This document shows positions 8,724 to 18,497 of a DNA stretch of 64,000 bases, piece after piece (the first letter of the stretch is position 1; the number at the start of each line of letters is the position of its first letter). The notes below the pieces were generated by a model, which saw only the letters and a program-made list of their open reading frames with translations, was not told the origin of the DNA and did no database searches. The DNA lies in assembly GCA_963846575.1 (NCBI GenBank), contig CAWJWJ010000001.1, positions 608,001-672,000 on the forward strand, in the 5' to 3' direction. The position numbers were made by a program, and so were the translations under genes. The stretch comes from an uncultured Nitrospiraceae bacterium. GTDB lineage: Bacteria; Nitrospirota; Nitrospiria; Nitrospirales; Nitrospiraceae.

Positions 8724-9314
8724 ATGCACATCATGGCTACTGTCAGTTTCAACAGATGGCTCAAGGACGGATCCTCAGCCCTAGTACGCCATCAAGCCCT
8801 GACTCACGCGAATGGCCTCGAAGCGAACGGGGATCAGCCAATGGACGCAAACAAGGAACTACCCACGCCACCGCTTCTGGGCTGGTTCGACTATGGAACG
8901 CAGGCAACAACCAAATGCTGGACGTGGCTCGCAGGTGCGAGGGGCCGGGCGGAACATACATTCCTCACCCCGGAGTTGCTCTTTCCCTTGATCTACGGAG
9001 CAGCACTCGCCGCAAACTTATCGTGGGTCTGGATCGCACTCGGCCGCCCGTTCCATCCGGCATGGATCGTCGCGCCGCTCGTGATGTTTCTGACGGCCGA
9101 CTGGACGGAACAGCTTTTCCACCTGGCACAATTCCGTCACTATCTTTCCTCGGACGAGGGGCGCAGTCAAAACCTGTGGCTCCTGGCCTCCGGCTATGTG
9201 ATGGTGCTTAAGATGTGGCTCACCACCGGTCTCTACGTGAGCCTGGGCGGACTAATCGTCAGAATGATTGTCACGCTCTCGGATCGGCGGGTGGTGTCTA
9301 CAGCCGCGGAATAA
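8724..9314 (+). CDS. hypothetical membrane protein (start uncertain)
   Basis: Three hydrophobic segments, LLFPLIY and ADWTE motifs. Confidence 0.65.
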   Translation: MHIMATVSFNRWLKDGSSALVRHQALTHANGLEANGDQPMDANKELPTPPLLGWFDYGTQATTKCWTWLAGARGRAEHTFLTPELLFPLIYGAALAANLSWVWIALGRPFHPAWIVAPLVMFLTADWTEQLFHLAQFRHYLSSDEGRSQNLWLLASGYVMVLKMWLTTGLYVSLGGLIVRMIVTLSDRRVVSTAAE

Positions 9315-9791
9315 TGATTGGTCGTCAGGAACTCTTTGTCGAGGGAAGTGGTACAGCCAAATGACAACGGCCCGCATGAGAAGCGACTGCCTCGAATTAT
9401 TGAGCGTGCGTTCCCCCGCCGGCGGGCCACACCGGAAGCAATTGGATCAGACATGCTCCAGAACCGCCCTGCAAGGATGGCCTCAACTCGTCAATACCTG
9501 CCCGCCGCCAGACATCCCCTGGATTGCCGATGAACCAGCGGTTCACCGTTGGCTTGAAAGGTGGCGGAGGACTCGCGCAGCCGCGGTTAATCCCGGGATG
9601 GCCGTGAAGGCCTTCTGGCCGGAGATCGAACACCGCAGTCCCTCCGGAAACAGGCGCACGTTGCCTCAACCGAAACACCTGGCCGACCTTCTCAATCGCT
9701 CCGCACAACCCTTGAGAGACATTACCGCCGCCACCTGCTCCACGCGCCCGACCCACCGCCAGCAGCAGCTATCTTTCCGTCGCAACATCAC

Positions 9792-10487
9792 TTGCGTAGG
9801 CTTTGGCGTTCGCGTACCTTTAAGATTCACCATCGCAGGGAGATCATTATTTTACAAAACTATCGCCCTCTCTTCCTCGCTCTTGTACTCTCAGCCCTGC
9901 CCGGCTGTGCGATCGAACAGGAAATTTCCCGCACCCCGCGAACAGCCGTCGAGCAACTGCTCCTGACAACCTCCGTCGAGCGGGCATTGGTCAACCTGAC
10001 GCTGACCCTACCCCCCAAAGCCAGCCTGCATCTGGAAGTCACCGGGTTTTACATCGATCGTGGCCGGTTGACGTTGAGGGATTCGGGCTCAGGTACCATT
10101 CAGGATCCCACGGTTGATTTCCTGTTCGTAAGGGACACCGTGGGCGTGGCGCTTGGGCGAATGGGGTACCGTGTCCGCAAGCGCGACGAGCACCCTGACT
10201 ACCTGGTCCGGGTGTCAATCGAGTCACTCGGCACCATGCAGGGCCTGACCTTCGTCGGCATGCCGCCCGTCCAAAGCCTCATCATCCCCTTTGCGCTTCC
10301 CGAACTGACGCTCTACAAACACCAGGCCCAAAGCGGATACGCCAGGTTGCATCTCGATGTGTTTGAGCAGGCCACGGGCGACTACAAAGGATCGTCCGCC
10401 ACGATCATCGGGCGCACCCATTATGATCAATACACGGCCTTCTTTTACGCGACCTGGATCGAAACGGATCTGATGGCGCCGCCATAA
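9792..10487 (+). CDS. putative lipoprotein (DUF6655-like); start uncertain
   Basis: Lipobox LPGC followed by RTAVEQLLL. Confidence 0.7.
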   Translation: MRRLWRSRTFKIHHRREIIILQNYRPLFLALVLSALPGCAIEQEISRTPRTAVEQLLLTTSVERALVNLTLTLPPKASLHLEVTGFYIDRGRLTLRDSGSGTIQDPTVDFLFVRDTVGVALGRMGYRVRKRDEHPDYLVRVSIESLGTMQGLTFVGMPPVQSLIIPFALPELTLYKHQAQSGYARLHLDVFEQATGDYKGSSATIIGRTHYDQYTAFFYATWIETDLMAPP

Positions 10488-10909
10488 CGTGAGGCCCCCT
10501 CCGTGGAGCCTCACGTCTTGAAATCAATGACGGACATGCCGCGCTGAGCTTCCTCGCACAGAATCCGGATAGAGAATTCTCCCGCCTCCCCTCTGCGCCG
10601 GCAGGTATCCCCGCCACGACGGAAACCCTTCTCAAGATGGATCTCTTTCAACGAAGGGGACAGGACCGTCGGTCCCCCTCCCGCTCAAGCTCTGCAAAAG
10701 TTTGATCTCTGCTTGGCAATCCGCGGGTCTTCTTCAATACTGAGCCGAGATTGTGTGTCTGTGGATCTTGCGAATGCGAGAACCGGCCGAGGTCTGGGAG
10801 CACTTGAGGCTGGCACGGCTGATCTCGTTGACTCCCTGCCCCCTCTCGCAGCCTAGGCTGTGAACCAGATGCCAACAAGACGTGGTCGTCGAACAACTGG
10901 AGTGATTCG

Positions 10910-12169
10910 ATGTTACATCGGAGAGGCGCGCTGACCGCCATCGTAGTCGGGTTGGCCACCGCCCTGGCCGGACTCATGCTGCTGGAGGGTTTGTCACGGA
11001 TCCTTCTGACGGTGCGTGCGGACCTGTCATCCCCTGAACCGGATTGGTACCAATACGCCTCCGACGTCGGCTGGGATCGACGGCCCCTGTTCAAAGGACT
11101 GGTCGCGGGAGAGCTGCGCCGGCAAGACCCGCTGCGATATCAGCGCGAGTTCGACTCACAGGGGTTCTTTTCGATCGACACGGAGCAGATCCACAGCAGG
11201 GCGCACAAGAAGGTCCTTGCGATCGGCGATTCCAATACATTCGGGTGGGGCGTGCCGAGCCGAAACGCATTTCCGGAAGTCCTGGATGACCTTCGCCCCG
11301 ATGTCGACGTCATCAATTTGGGAGTCAGCGGCCACACGTCGCTTCAAGGCTACGAAATGCTGGTCAAACATTTCGATCAGGTCCGTCCGGATATCGTCGT
11401 CGCCGCCTATAGTTTCAACGATCGGCGTATCGTCTCCTCAAAGGAAGCCGCCGACAGCCGCGGGAAATACGAACGAGAAACGCTATCGCATCGGTTCGAC
11501 CTGATCCGCGGAAAGCTCTATCTCTATCGCGCGATGCAAGTGCTGTTGTCCAAGGTAGGTCTCATCAAGAGTGGCGGAGAACCCAATCTCACGGTAGACG
11601 CGCGCACCGCCGACACGCGCGTCTCGCCCGAACAATACCGCTTGAATCTGGAGCGCATCGCACAATTCTGCCGGGACCGGCAGGTGCCGGTGGTGTTCGT
11701 CGTATTACAGGATAATCCGGCTCACACCGAACATCTGCGGGCGGGCATCTCCCATCTGAACAGCGGCCGGTATGCAGAGGCGGAAGCAGCACTGCGCATC
11801 GCAGTCTCCATGGATAACTGGTTTTCAGACTTGGCCAGGAAATATCTGGCCATGGCCTTAGAGCATCAGGGGGCTTCGGAGGAAGCCCGGTCCGTGGCCG
11901 CCCTCACCGTACCGGCCTGGAGACTGACACACGGAGGAAGACCGCTTCGTCTGGACAGCGACTACAACGACATCGTGCGGGCCGTCGGCCGTGGGTTCGG
12001 CGCGATCGTCGTGGAAGCCGGACAGGCGCTCGCGGACGATGCCAGCCTGTACCTGGATATGGCCCACCCGGATGAACGCGGTCACCGCATCATTGCCACG
12101 CTCGTGAATCGCGCCCTCGAGGGCCTGCTGCCTACGCCCCAAATAGCCGCTCAACCGCCATCCCATTGA
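10910..12169 (+). CDS. membrane-anchored SGNH/GDSL hydrolase with a TPR-like helical insert
   Basis: GDSNTFG, NLGVSG, FND and D..HP blocks. N-terminal TM segment. Confidence 0.85.
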   Translation: MLHRRGALTAIVVGLATALAGLMLLEGLSRILLTVRADLSSPEPDWYQYASDVGWDRRPLFKGLVAGELRRQDPLRYQREFDSQGFFSIDTEQIHSRAHKKVLAIGDSNTFGWGVPSRNAFPEVLDDLRPDVDVINLGVSGHTSLQGYEMLVKHFDQVRPDIVVAAYSFNDRRIVSSKEAADSRGKYERETLSHRFDLIRGKLYLYRAMQVLLSKVGLIKSGGEPNLTVDARTADTRVSPEQYRLNLERIAQFCRDRQVPVVFVVLQDNPAHTEHLRAGISHLNSGRYAEAEAALRIAVSMDNWFSDLARKYLAMALEHQGASEEARSVAALTVPAWRLTHGGRPLRLDSDYNDIVRAVGRGFGAIVVEAGQALADDASLYLDMAHPDERGHRIIATLVNRALEGLLPTPQIAAQPPSH

Positions 12170-12472
12170 AAACAAATCGAGCAATGCCTTTCTCCGTGGA
12201 CCTCCACGGTTCTCCTTCGTGAAATCCTCCGTCAGGACGGCGCCTTTTTTTTGAGTTCTGGACCACTCGCCGTTGACCGGACTCTCCCCCCTAGGACCGG
12301 GGCAATTGAGTCGGCTCTGGAGTGTCGAACGACGGTTCCGACCACTGAGGACCAGCCTTCACCGGCGATGTGACCAGACCCTTCCGGTGCCCTATGGAAA
12401 GAATTCGCCCTTGAACCAGCTAGGGAAGCACGTCACACTGGTCTGGAAAGGGACTGAATCTTCGAGGATATC

Positions 12473-13366
12473 ATGCTGCCACGGAACAGATTTTTTCAGG
12501 TAGGCCTCGCGACTTGCGGTTCGCTGGTCGGCACGCTCTTCCTGCTGCTCCTACCTACTCTATCTGCTTCCGCCCAGCCGGCGCGCCCGACAGATGAAAT
12601 CACCAACCTGGTCGAGGACGTCTACCTGTTCCGGCATCAATCCCATCAGGCCATCTTCATCGTGACACCGAAGGGGGTGATCGTGACCGATCCGATCAGC
12701 CTTGAGGCCGCGACCTGGCTGAAAGGGGAGATCACAAAACGGACCGATCAACCCGTGCGTTATGTCATCTACAGTCATCATCACAACGATCACATCACCG
12801 GAGGCCGCGTGTTTGCCGACCAGGCATTATTCGTCAGCCACCAGGCTGCGCGCGCCAGAATCCTCCAGGCGGACGATCCCGATACTCCCGCGCCAGACCT
12901 GACGTTCACGGATCGGATGTCCATCGATCTGGGCGGAAAACGCGTCGAGCTCGTGTATACGGGAAAGAACCATTCGGACAACAGCCTCGTCCTGCTGCTG
13001 CCGCAGGAACGGCTGTTATTCGCCGTCGATTTCATTCCCGTCGGGACGGTCGCCTATCGGGCCCTGCCGGACGGCTATCCCGACGAGTGGATCGAATCTC
13101 TGAAGCAGGTCGAGCGCTTGGACTTCGACACGTTGGTCCCGGGGCATGGAAAGGTCGGTAAGAAAGCAGATGTGCGGCTCTTTCGAGCCTATCTCGAAGC
13201 GCTTCGCGCCGCCGTAAGGGAGCAGCTTCAGCAGGGCGCGAGCCTGGAGGAGGCGATGCAAATCGTCCGTCTGCCTCAGTACGAAGATTGGTACGGCTAT
13301 GCAGACTGGTTTACCGAGAACGTGGAAGGCATGTACCGGCACCTCGCGCAGCAGTCGCACAGATAG
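12473..13366 (+). CDS. exported MBL-fold metallo-hydrolase
   Basis: SHHHNDH, later H, D and PGHG ligands. Signal peptide. Confidence 0.9.
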   Translation: MLPRNRFFQVGLATCGSLVGTLFLLLLPTLSASAQPARPTDEITNLVEDVYLFRHQSHQAIFIVTPKGVIVTDPISLEAATWLKGEITKRTDQPVRYVIYSHHHNDHITGGRVFADQALFVSHQAARARILQADDPDTPAPDLTFTDRMSIDLGGKRVELVYTGKNHSDNSLVLLLPQERLLFAVDFIPVGTVAYRALPDGYPDEWIESLKQVERLDFDTLVPGHGKVGKKADVRLFRAYLEALRAAVREQLQQGASLEEAMQIVRLPQYEDWYGYADWFTENVEGMYRHLAQQSHR

Positions 13367-13474
13367 TTGCGCATCCTGCCTGCATGAGGCCTCAATCACA
13401 GCCGTTTGTCCGGCCGCCGGTGACAATGCGGAACCCGACCTTGAACGGGGGAAGGCCTGACGGCAACGCAATCG

Positions 13475-13588
13475 CTACGGTTTCTTCTTTTTCTTGTCGG
13501 CAGGGTTATCGGAAAAGAGCAACCAGGCGAGGACGACGAAGCCGATCGCAACACCCGTGACCGCCAGCCATGTGCCGAGTTTGTCCAT
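13475..13588 (-). CDS. 37-aa single-TM peptide MDKLGTWLAVTGVAIGFVVLAWLLFSDNPADKKKKKP
   Basis: Below the ORF-track cutoff. TAATG overlap with the ybgC stop, GAGGAG RBS, TM helix and poly-Lys tail. Confidence 0.7.
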   Translation of the reverse strand: MDKLGTWLAVTGVAIGFVVLAWLLFSDNPADKKKKKP

Positions 13589-13989
13589 TAGCTCCTCGTC
13601 TGTGGGGGTCCTTGTAACGCAGCCAGCGTGACTGTGTCGAGACGCGTCACTTTCAAATCATCGCCCACCGGCACGAGCTTGGCCGATCCTTCGACCACCA
13701 GGCGCCCGCTGACCCGTTCCCGCACGACGTGGGCAAAGGTGATGGAAGCCTGGCCCACTGCGGCCAGATTTGTCTCGACGGTCAAGGTATCACCATACCG
13801 GGCAGGCGAGCGATAGTCCAGTTCCGCATGCACGACCATGAACTGCCTGCCCTGATTGCGGAGCCCCGCTACCGAAACACCTCGGTCCTCGAGATACTGC
13901 GTCCTCGCCCGCTCGAAATATTTCAGATAATTGGCGTAGTACACTACCCCGCCGCAATCGGTGTCTTCGTAGTAGATCCGTATGTCCAT
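13588..13989 (-). CDS. ybgC: YbgC/FadM-family acyl-CoA thioesterase
   Basis: RIYYEDTDCGGVVYYANYLKYFERAR. Confidence 0.9.
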   Translation of the reverse strand: MDIRIYYEDTDCGGVVYYANYLKYFERARTQYLEDRGVSVAGLRNQGRQFMVVHAELDYRSPARYGDTLTVETNLAAVGQASITFAHVVRERVSGRLVVEGSAKLVPVGDDLKVTRLDTVTLAALQGPPQTRS

Positions 13990-14057
13990 GGAATGTCGAG
14001 CGGCGTCTCTCGTCACCCGGTCCTCGTCAGCGCATGCGTCTCATGATCCACGGGACG

Positions 14058-15314
14058 CTAAAGCGCCAACGTCGGGAACTTCGGCAAGGCAGACTCGCTC
14101 ACGCCGGTGATTTTCATGACCACGTCGGACAACTGCTGTACCCGCTCGGATTTGATCGCCTCGAATCCATGACCGAGAATGGCGTGGTTGGCGGCATCGA
14201 GCAGCGGCTTCATCTTCGGCCAGTCACGAAGAAACGCTTGGCCCATCTGGTCCCCAAGCCCCGCAAGCGCGCGAAACTGACCCTGCAACGGCAATTTGTA
14301 TTTCCCGTCCACGTCGTCCTGATAACAGGTGCGGCAGGTCTCACGTAGCGCCTCCGGAAGCTGGTCCGGCTGCACGTCCCAGGTCTTGATCTTGTACTGT
14401 TTGAACAGCTGACGCTGAGCGGAGGCTTCCAGCGCGCGCAGGAGGGCCACCATGGCCCGCTCGGGATCGTGGTCGAGCTGGGCACGACGGTGTGCGTGGG
14501 CTAAAAGGTCAAGCGCGACGCCCTCTTTGACCTCGGCAGGGTCGAGGACGAGCCGTTCCAGAAATCCACTGTTCGCCTTGATGAACGGGAGCAGCGCCTT
14601 CAGTCCGGGCGGCCCGCCCCACAACGACGCCATGTCGAGTGCCTTCAGCGAGGTCTTGAGTTTTTCCCAGGCCTGCCGGTAATGAAATTGTTCCCAGAGC
14701 GCATAACCTACCGCGAGGTCGCCTAAGGCGCGATAGAGCGGCTTCTGCCCCCCGCTCACGCGAGCTTCCAAAGTATGGAACAGAATGGACGCAGCCCTGA
14801 ACGATCCGTGATTGAACGCTCCGCACGCTTCCTTGCGAACGCCGACCGCCGCTTCATCCCAGGGGTTGCCTTGCAGCCAGCGCTTGGCATGGCCGTCGAT
14901 GACAATTGCTTCGTCGGCCTCCGGCCCCGCGACATCGACCAGGCTGATGACGCGCGAGGTCCAGGGTTGACAGGCAGAGGCCAGCGCTGCCCCCATCGCC
15001 GATGTCGCTCCGGTGAGATCCACGACCAGGTCGCCGACGTGCACATCCCAGGCTTGGAACAGGTCCTGGAGGGAGCGCGACAGAGCCTGGTGGCAGGCGA
15101 TCACATCCGCCGCATCAGGGGTGACCACCCAGTCCCATCGCTTCGGCATCTGCTGCACCTGTGGCTGCACCGCCTCTTCGACCAGCATCTTGGCCGATTC
15201 CGGCACAAAGAAGCAGAGCAATTCCGGCTGCAACCGGTTGATCACGTAGGCCGCCAGGGACGGGGCGTCCGTGAAGGCGACGACGAGGGCTTTGACGGGC
15301 GTATCCGACGGCAT
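14058..15314 (-). CDS. TIGR02710-like CARF-HEPN protein, orphan, with degenerate motifs
   Basis: CARF-like N-terminus (VVDLTGATSAM, NP motif), W..F.Y..A, DLLA.A.RR, RALE..AQ..L, N..ILGHG. Confidence 0.75.
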   Translation of the reverse strand: MPSDTPVKALVVAFTDAPSLAAYVINRLQPELLCFFVPESAKMLVEEAVQPQVQQMPKRWDWVVTPDAADVIACHQALSRSLQDLFQAWDVHVGDLVVDLTGATSAMGAALASACQPWTSRVISLVDVAGPEADEAIVIDGHAKRWLQGNPWDEAAVGVRKEACGAFNHGSFRAASILFHTLEARVSGGQKPLYRALGDLAVGYALWEQFHYRQAWEKLKTSLKALDMASLWGGPPGLKALLPFIKANSGFLERLVLDPAEVKEGVALDLLAHAHRRAQLDHDPERAMVALLRALEASAQRQLFKQYKIKTWDVQPDQLPEALRETCRTCYQDDVDGKYKLPLQGQFRALAGLGDQMGQAFLRDWPKMKPLLDAANHAILGHGFEAIKSERVQQLSDVVMKITGVSESALPKFPTLAL

Positions 15315-15323
15315 GATCCGCGG

Positions 15324-15353
15324 ACTATACCATCGCACTCCGCGCCGGTTCAA
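15324..15353 (-). promoter_or_regulatory. sigma70-type promoter with a very short leader
   Basis: TTGAAC-18 nt-TATAGT (extended -10 TG), 9 nt before ATG 15314. Confidence 0.55.
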
Positions 15354-15513
15354 TGAACGGGGTTCGCACGGGTTCTTGTCGGAGCAGAGACCATCGTGAG
15401 CCCTGTCAACGAGCCGTGCCACCCTGGCCGCAACTTGTTCTCAAGAAACGGGACAAAGACGACCAGGCGGGACCGGAGTGGCATTTCCGGCCGGAGGAGG
15501 TCGGACTTCTCGC

Positions 15514-16566
15514 TCACCTGTCCCCCCCTGTGTGCCGTGGTTCACCGCCCGGCGGCAACGCCTCGTGCCCGAATATCGCGTGCCGTTTGAACACCCGGAG
15601 GAGATAGTAGAGCGATGGAAACAACAGGAGGCCTCCGACAGACATGGCGAGGAGGAGCCACCGGAGCGTCGGCTCCGGCGCAGCCGCCATGGAGATCGTC
15701 AGGTGCGGCGGGACGAGGTAGGGAAATTGCGCGAACGCCCAGGCCCAGATCGTCAACGTGACCTGCCCGACGATGCAGAGCCGCGCCCATCGCAAGCGTT
15801 TTTGCCAGAGGCACAGCAGTCCGGCAAGACCGGCGGCCGCAGTCCCGAACTGGACGGCCGCTCCCCACACGGTGCCGGTCAAGGCGTCCCATACGATGGG
15901 CGCGCCGCTTCGCGACGCCAGCAAGACCGTCTCCTCCAGCAACGAGGCCGCCAGTCCAGCCGTGATGGCGCGCCAGCGAAAGTCTTCCCTGAGCCTGTCG
16001 TCGACCGCCTCAACGGCCAGATAGGCCGCCGCCAGGTAAGAGACCAAGACGAGGGTAAAGAGGCCGACGAGAAAGGGGAACCATTGCAGCCAAGGGCTGA
16101 CGAAGGCTGGAACAAACCCTCCGGCGACGGGAGGGAGGCCACCGGCGATCGTGCCGATCACCACGCCGAGCCAGAAGGGCGTCAACAGGCTGGTCAGGGC
16201 GAACAGCCCTTCCCAGTGGGGGTGGAGCCTGCCGAACGAGACGTCCGCATGGCGAAGGGCGAATGAGGCGCCCCGTAAGACGATGCCGATCAGCAACAGG
16301 GTCAGAGGGATGTACAGGCTGGTTACGATGGCGGTGAAGGCGGCGGGAAAGGCGGTGAAGAGCAGCATCAGCACGAAGATCAGCCAGACATGGTTGGCCT
16401 CCCAGATCGGCACCAAGGCCTCGTCGATGAAGGCCCGGTACACCTTCGAGCGCTCGCCTCCCGCAAACAGGAACCAGGCCCCGGCTCCATAGTCCGCACC
16501 GCCCGTCAATACATAGACCGTCAGGGCCATCAGTAACGCGCCGGCGATGATCAGTTCCAGGCTCAT
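15514..16566 (-). CDS. cydB: cytochrome bd ubiquinol oxidase subunit II
   Basis: GADYGAG, PIWEANHVWL, RG.SF..R, QFPYL. ATGA overlap with cydA. Confidence 0.92.
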   Translation of the reverse strand: MSLELIIAGALLMALTVYVLTGGADYGAGAWFLFAGGERSKVYRAFIDEALVPIWEANHVWLIFVLMLLFTAFPAAFTAIVTSLYIPLTLLLIGIVLRGASFALRHADVSFGRLHPHWEGLFALTSLLTPFWLGVVIGTIAGGLPPVAGGFVPAFVSPWLQWFPFLVGLFTLVLVSYLAAAYLAVEAVDDRLREDFRWRAITAGLAASLLEETVLLASRSGAPIVWDALTGTVWGAAVQFGTAAAGLAGLLCLWQKRLRWARLCIVGQVTLTIWAWAFAQFPYLVPPHLTISMAAAPEPTLRWLLLAMSVGGLLLFPSLYYLLRVFKRHAIFGHEALPPGGEPRHTGGDR

Positions 16567-17945
16567 TCTGGGTTGCTCGTCGTCCCGGAGACCGGCACGG
16601 TCCCGGCCCGGCCGCGCGAATCTCCGTGTTTCTGCCGTCCCGGCGTGATGGGAGGACTTGCTCCGATCTGGTGGAACAGCACCCAGACCACGATGGTTGC
16701 CAGAAACAGATAGAGCGCCCCGAAGAAAATCAGAGGCACGACGAGGCCGGGTACGGGCGTCACGGCGTCCGCCGTTCGCATCACGCCCGTGATAATCCAG
16801 GGTTGTCGTCCGACCTCCGTGGCCGTCCATCCCGCCTCGATCGCGAGAAATCCCAGCGGCGTGCTGCCCACCATGGCCCAGAGAAAACGTCGCGAACCTG
16901 TCATGGATCCGTCCCGCCACCAGAGCCAGCTGCCCCATAACGCGACGCCCGCCATCCAGACTCCGGTCAGGACCATGAGCTGAAACGCCGTGCGAACGAT
17001 GGCAACCGGCGGCCACTCCTCGCGCGGGACGGCATCCAGCCCGGTCACGGTCGCATGGGGGTCCAAGTACAGCATGAGGCTCAGGGCATAGGGGATCTCA
17101 ATGGCATAACGCAGCCGGCCCTGCTCCAGATCCGCCAGGCCTCCCAGCCGAAACGGCGCGCCTGATTCTGTAACAAACTGGCCCTCGAACGCCGCCAGTT
17201 TGGCCGGCTGATGGTCGGCGACGGCCTTCGCCAGAATATCGCCGCTCACCGGCTGGAAGAGCGCGCTGACGCCGCCGACCACACAGGCGATAGCAAAGGC
17301 GCGCCGATGGAGCCGACTGTCTGGATCGCGAAGCAACTGAAAGGCATGGATGCCGGCGACGGCGAACCCGGTCGCCGCATAGGCGGCCAGCACCATGTGG
17401 GGGACTTGAAACAGACCCGACGGATTCAGCATGGCCGCGATGGGGTCGATGTCGAGAGGCTGGGCATCGACGAGGCGAAATCCGCGCGGAGTCTGCATCC
17501 ATCCGTTGGCCAGCACGACGAAGACTGCCGAAGCGATGCCGCTGAGCGCCACGACGATACCCGCCGCCAGATGCGCCGCAGGAGTAAGCCACCGCCATCC
17601 GTAGAGATACAGACCGAGAAAGATCGCCTCGGCGAAGAACGCGAACCCTTCCAAGGTAAAGGCCAGTCCGATGACCGGGCCTGCCCAGGCCATGAACCCG
17701 GGCCAGAGCAGCCCGAGTTGAAACGACAGGATGGTGCCGGAGATGGCCCCGATCGCGAACAGAACCGCCGTTTTCTTCGCCCACCGTTTCGTCAGCGTCA
17801 GGTATACGTCTTCCCCTGTTCGCAGCCAGCGCCACTCGGCGATCACCATCAAGAGCGGCAGGCCCATCCCCACCACCGCAAAGATGATGTGGAACGCCAG
17901 CGACATCGCCATCAACGATCGGGCTGCGAGGAGTTCCGGTATCAT
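16563..17945 (-). CDS. cydA: cytochrome bd ubiquinol oxidase subunit I (short Q-loop)
   Basis: FHII, EGFAFF.E, NGWMQTP, HM, QPAKLAA.EG, GW..TEVGRQPW. RBS GGAGG. Confidence 0.95.
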   Translation of the reverse strand: MIPELLAARSLMAMSLAFHIIFAVVGMGLPLLMVIAEWRWLRTGEDVYLTLTKRWAKKTAVLFAIGAISGTILSFQLGLLWPGFMAWAGPVIGLAFTLEGFAFFAEAIFLGLYLYGWRWLTPAAHLAAGIVVALSGIASAVFVVLANGWMQTPRGFRLVDAQPLDIDPIAAMLNPSGLFQVPHMVLAAYAATGFAVAGIHAFQLLRDPDSRLHRRAFAIACVVGGVSALFQPVSGDILAKAVADHQPAKLAAFEGQFVTESGAPFRLGGLADLEQGRLRYAIEIPYALSLMLYLDPHATVTGLDAVPREEWPPVAIVRTAFQLMVLTGVWMAGVALWGSWLWWRDGSMTGSRRFLWAMVGSTPLGFLAIEAGWTATEVGRQPWIITGVMRTADAVTPVPGLVVPLIFFGALYLFLATIVVWVLFHQIGASPPITPGRQKHGDSRGRAGTVPVSGTTSNPE

Positions 17946-18497
17946 GCCGCCCTCCGACAGTACGCCGGGAATGTACTCGACGATGACCTCCAGGACGCGG
18001 ACCAGCCATCCGGCGCAAGAGCCGCCCGGCCGGACGGACCGGCAGCGCGCCGCGGAATCAAGCCTGCCGCTGCGGAGCCGTGTGGATCGCGGAGCATCGG
18101 GCGGGAACCCCGCCGTTTCACCACGGCGGGGATTTCCTCCATCGGTAGGCCCTGCAGCAGGGCGTGGTCGTATCCTGATTCCAAGTCCACCCCCTCGCCC
18201 CTGCAGCCGCAGCCTCGTGACCGTTCCAGAGAAAGCAAAACCAGTCCTGTGCGGCGCCATTCACAGGGTATCGTCCACTCACCCACCTCCACAGAGTAAC
18301 AACTAACCGGGTGGTATGATATCCCGCCGCACGGCCGTGCCGGGTTTTTCTCTCGCCTGGTGCTCATCCACCCCTGCCGGAGAATCCGCCTGTTCTTCCG
18401 TAACAACTTCATTTTGTTGACCCTTTCGGGAAAGACGCCTAGACTTTGCCGGTATCGATCATTCATTTCTCCACGATTTCTCTACGCGAGCACACGA

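Noticed and set aside
12194..12252. Rho-independent terminator after the SGNH gene
   Set aside because: The two palindromes have only 2-nt loops and the T-run is offset from the stem, so it is too weak to call.
13366..15514. CRISPR array or cas operon near the CARF-like gene
   Set aside because: I saw no regularly spaced direct repeats and no cas-like ORFs here or elsewhere in the window.
15350..15517. 55-codon ORF overlapping the cydB stop as a cydX/cydS subunit
   Set aside because: It has no convincing TM helix or CydX-like motif and runs into the next promoter.
17946..18260. N-terminal extension of CydA suggested by the ORF track (similar cases for cydB, murJ, dinB, mfd)
   Set aside because: These are non-homologous read-through in GC-rich DNA. 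Internal starts with an RBS, promoter or stop-start overlap fit better.
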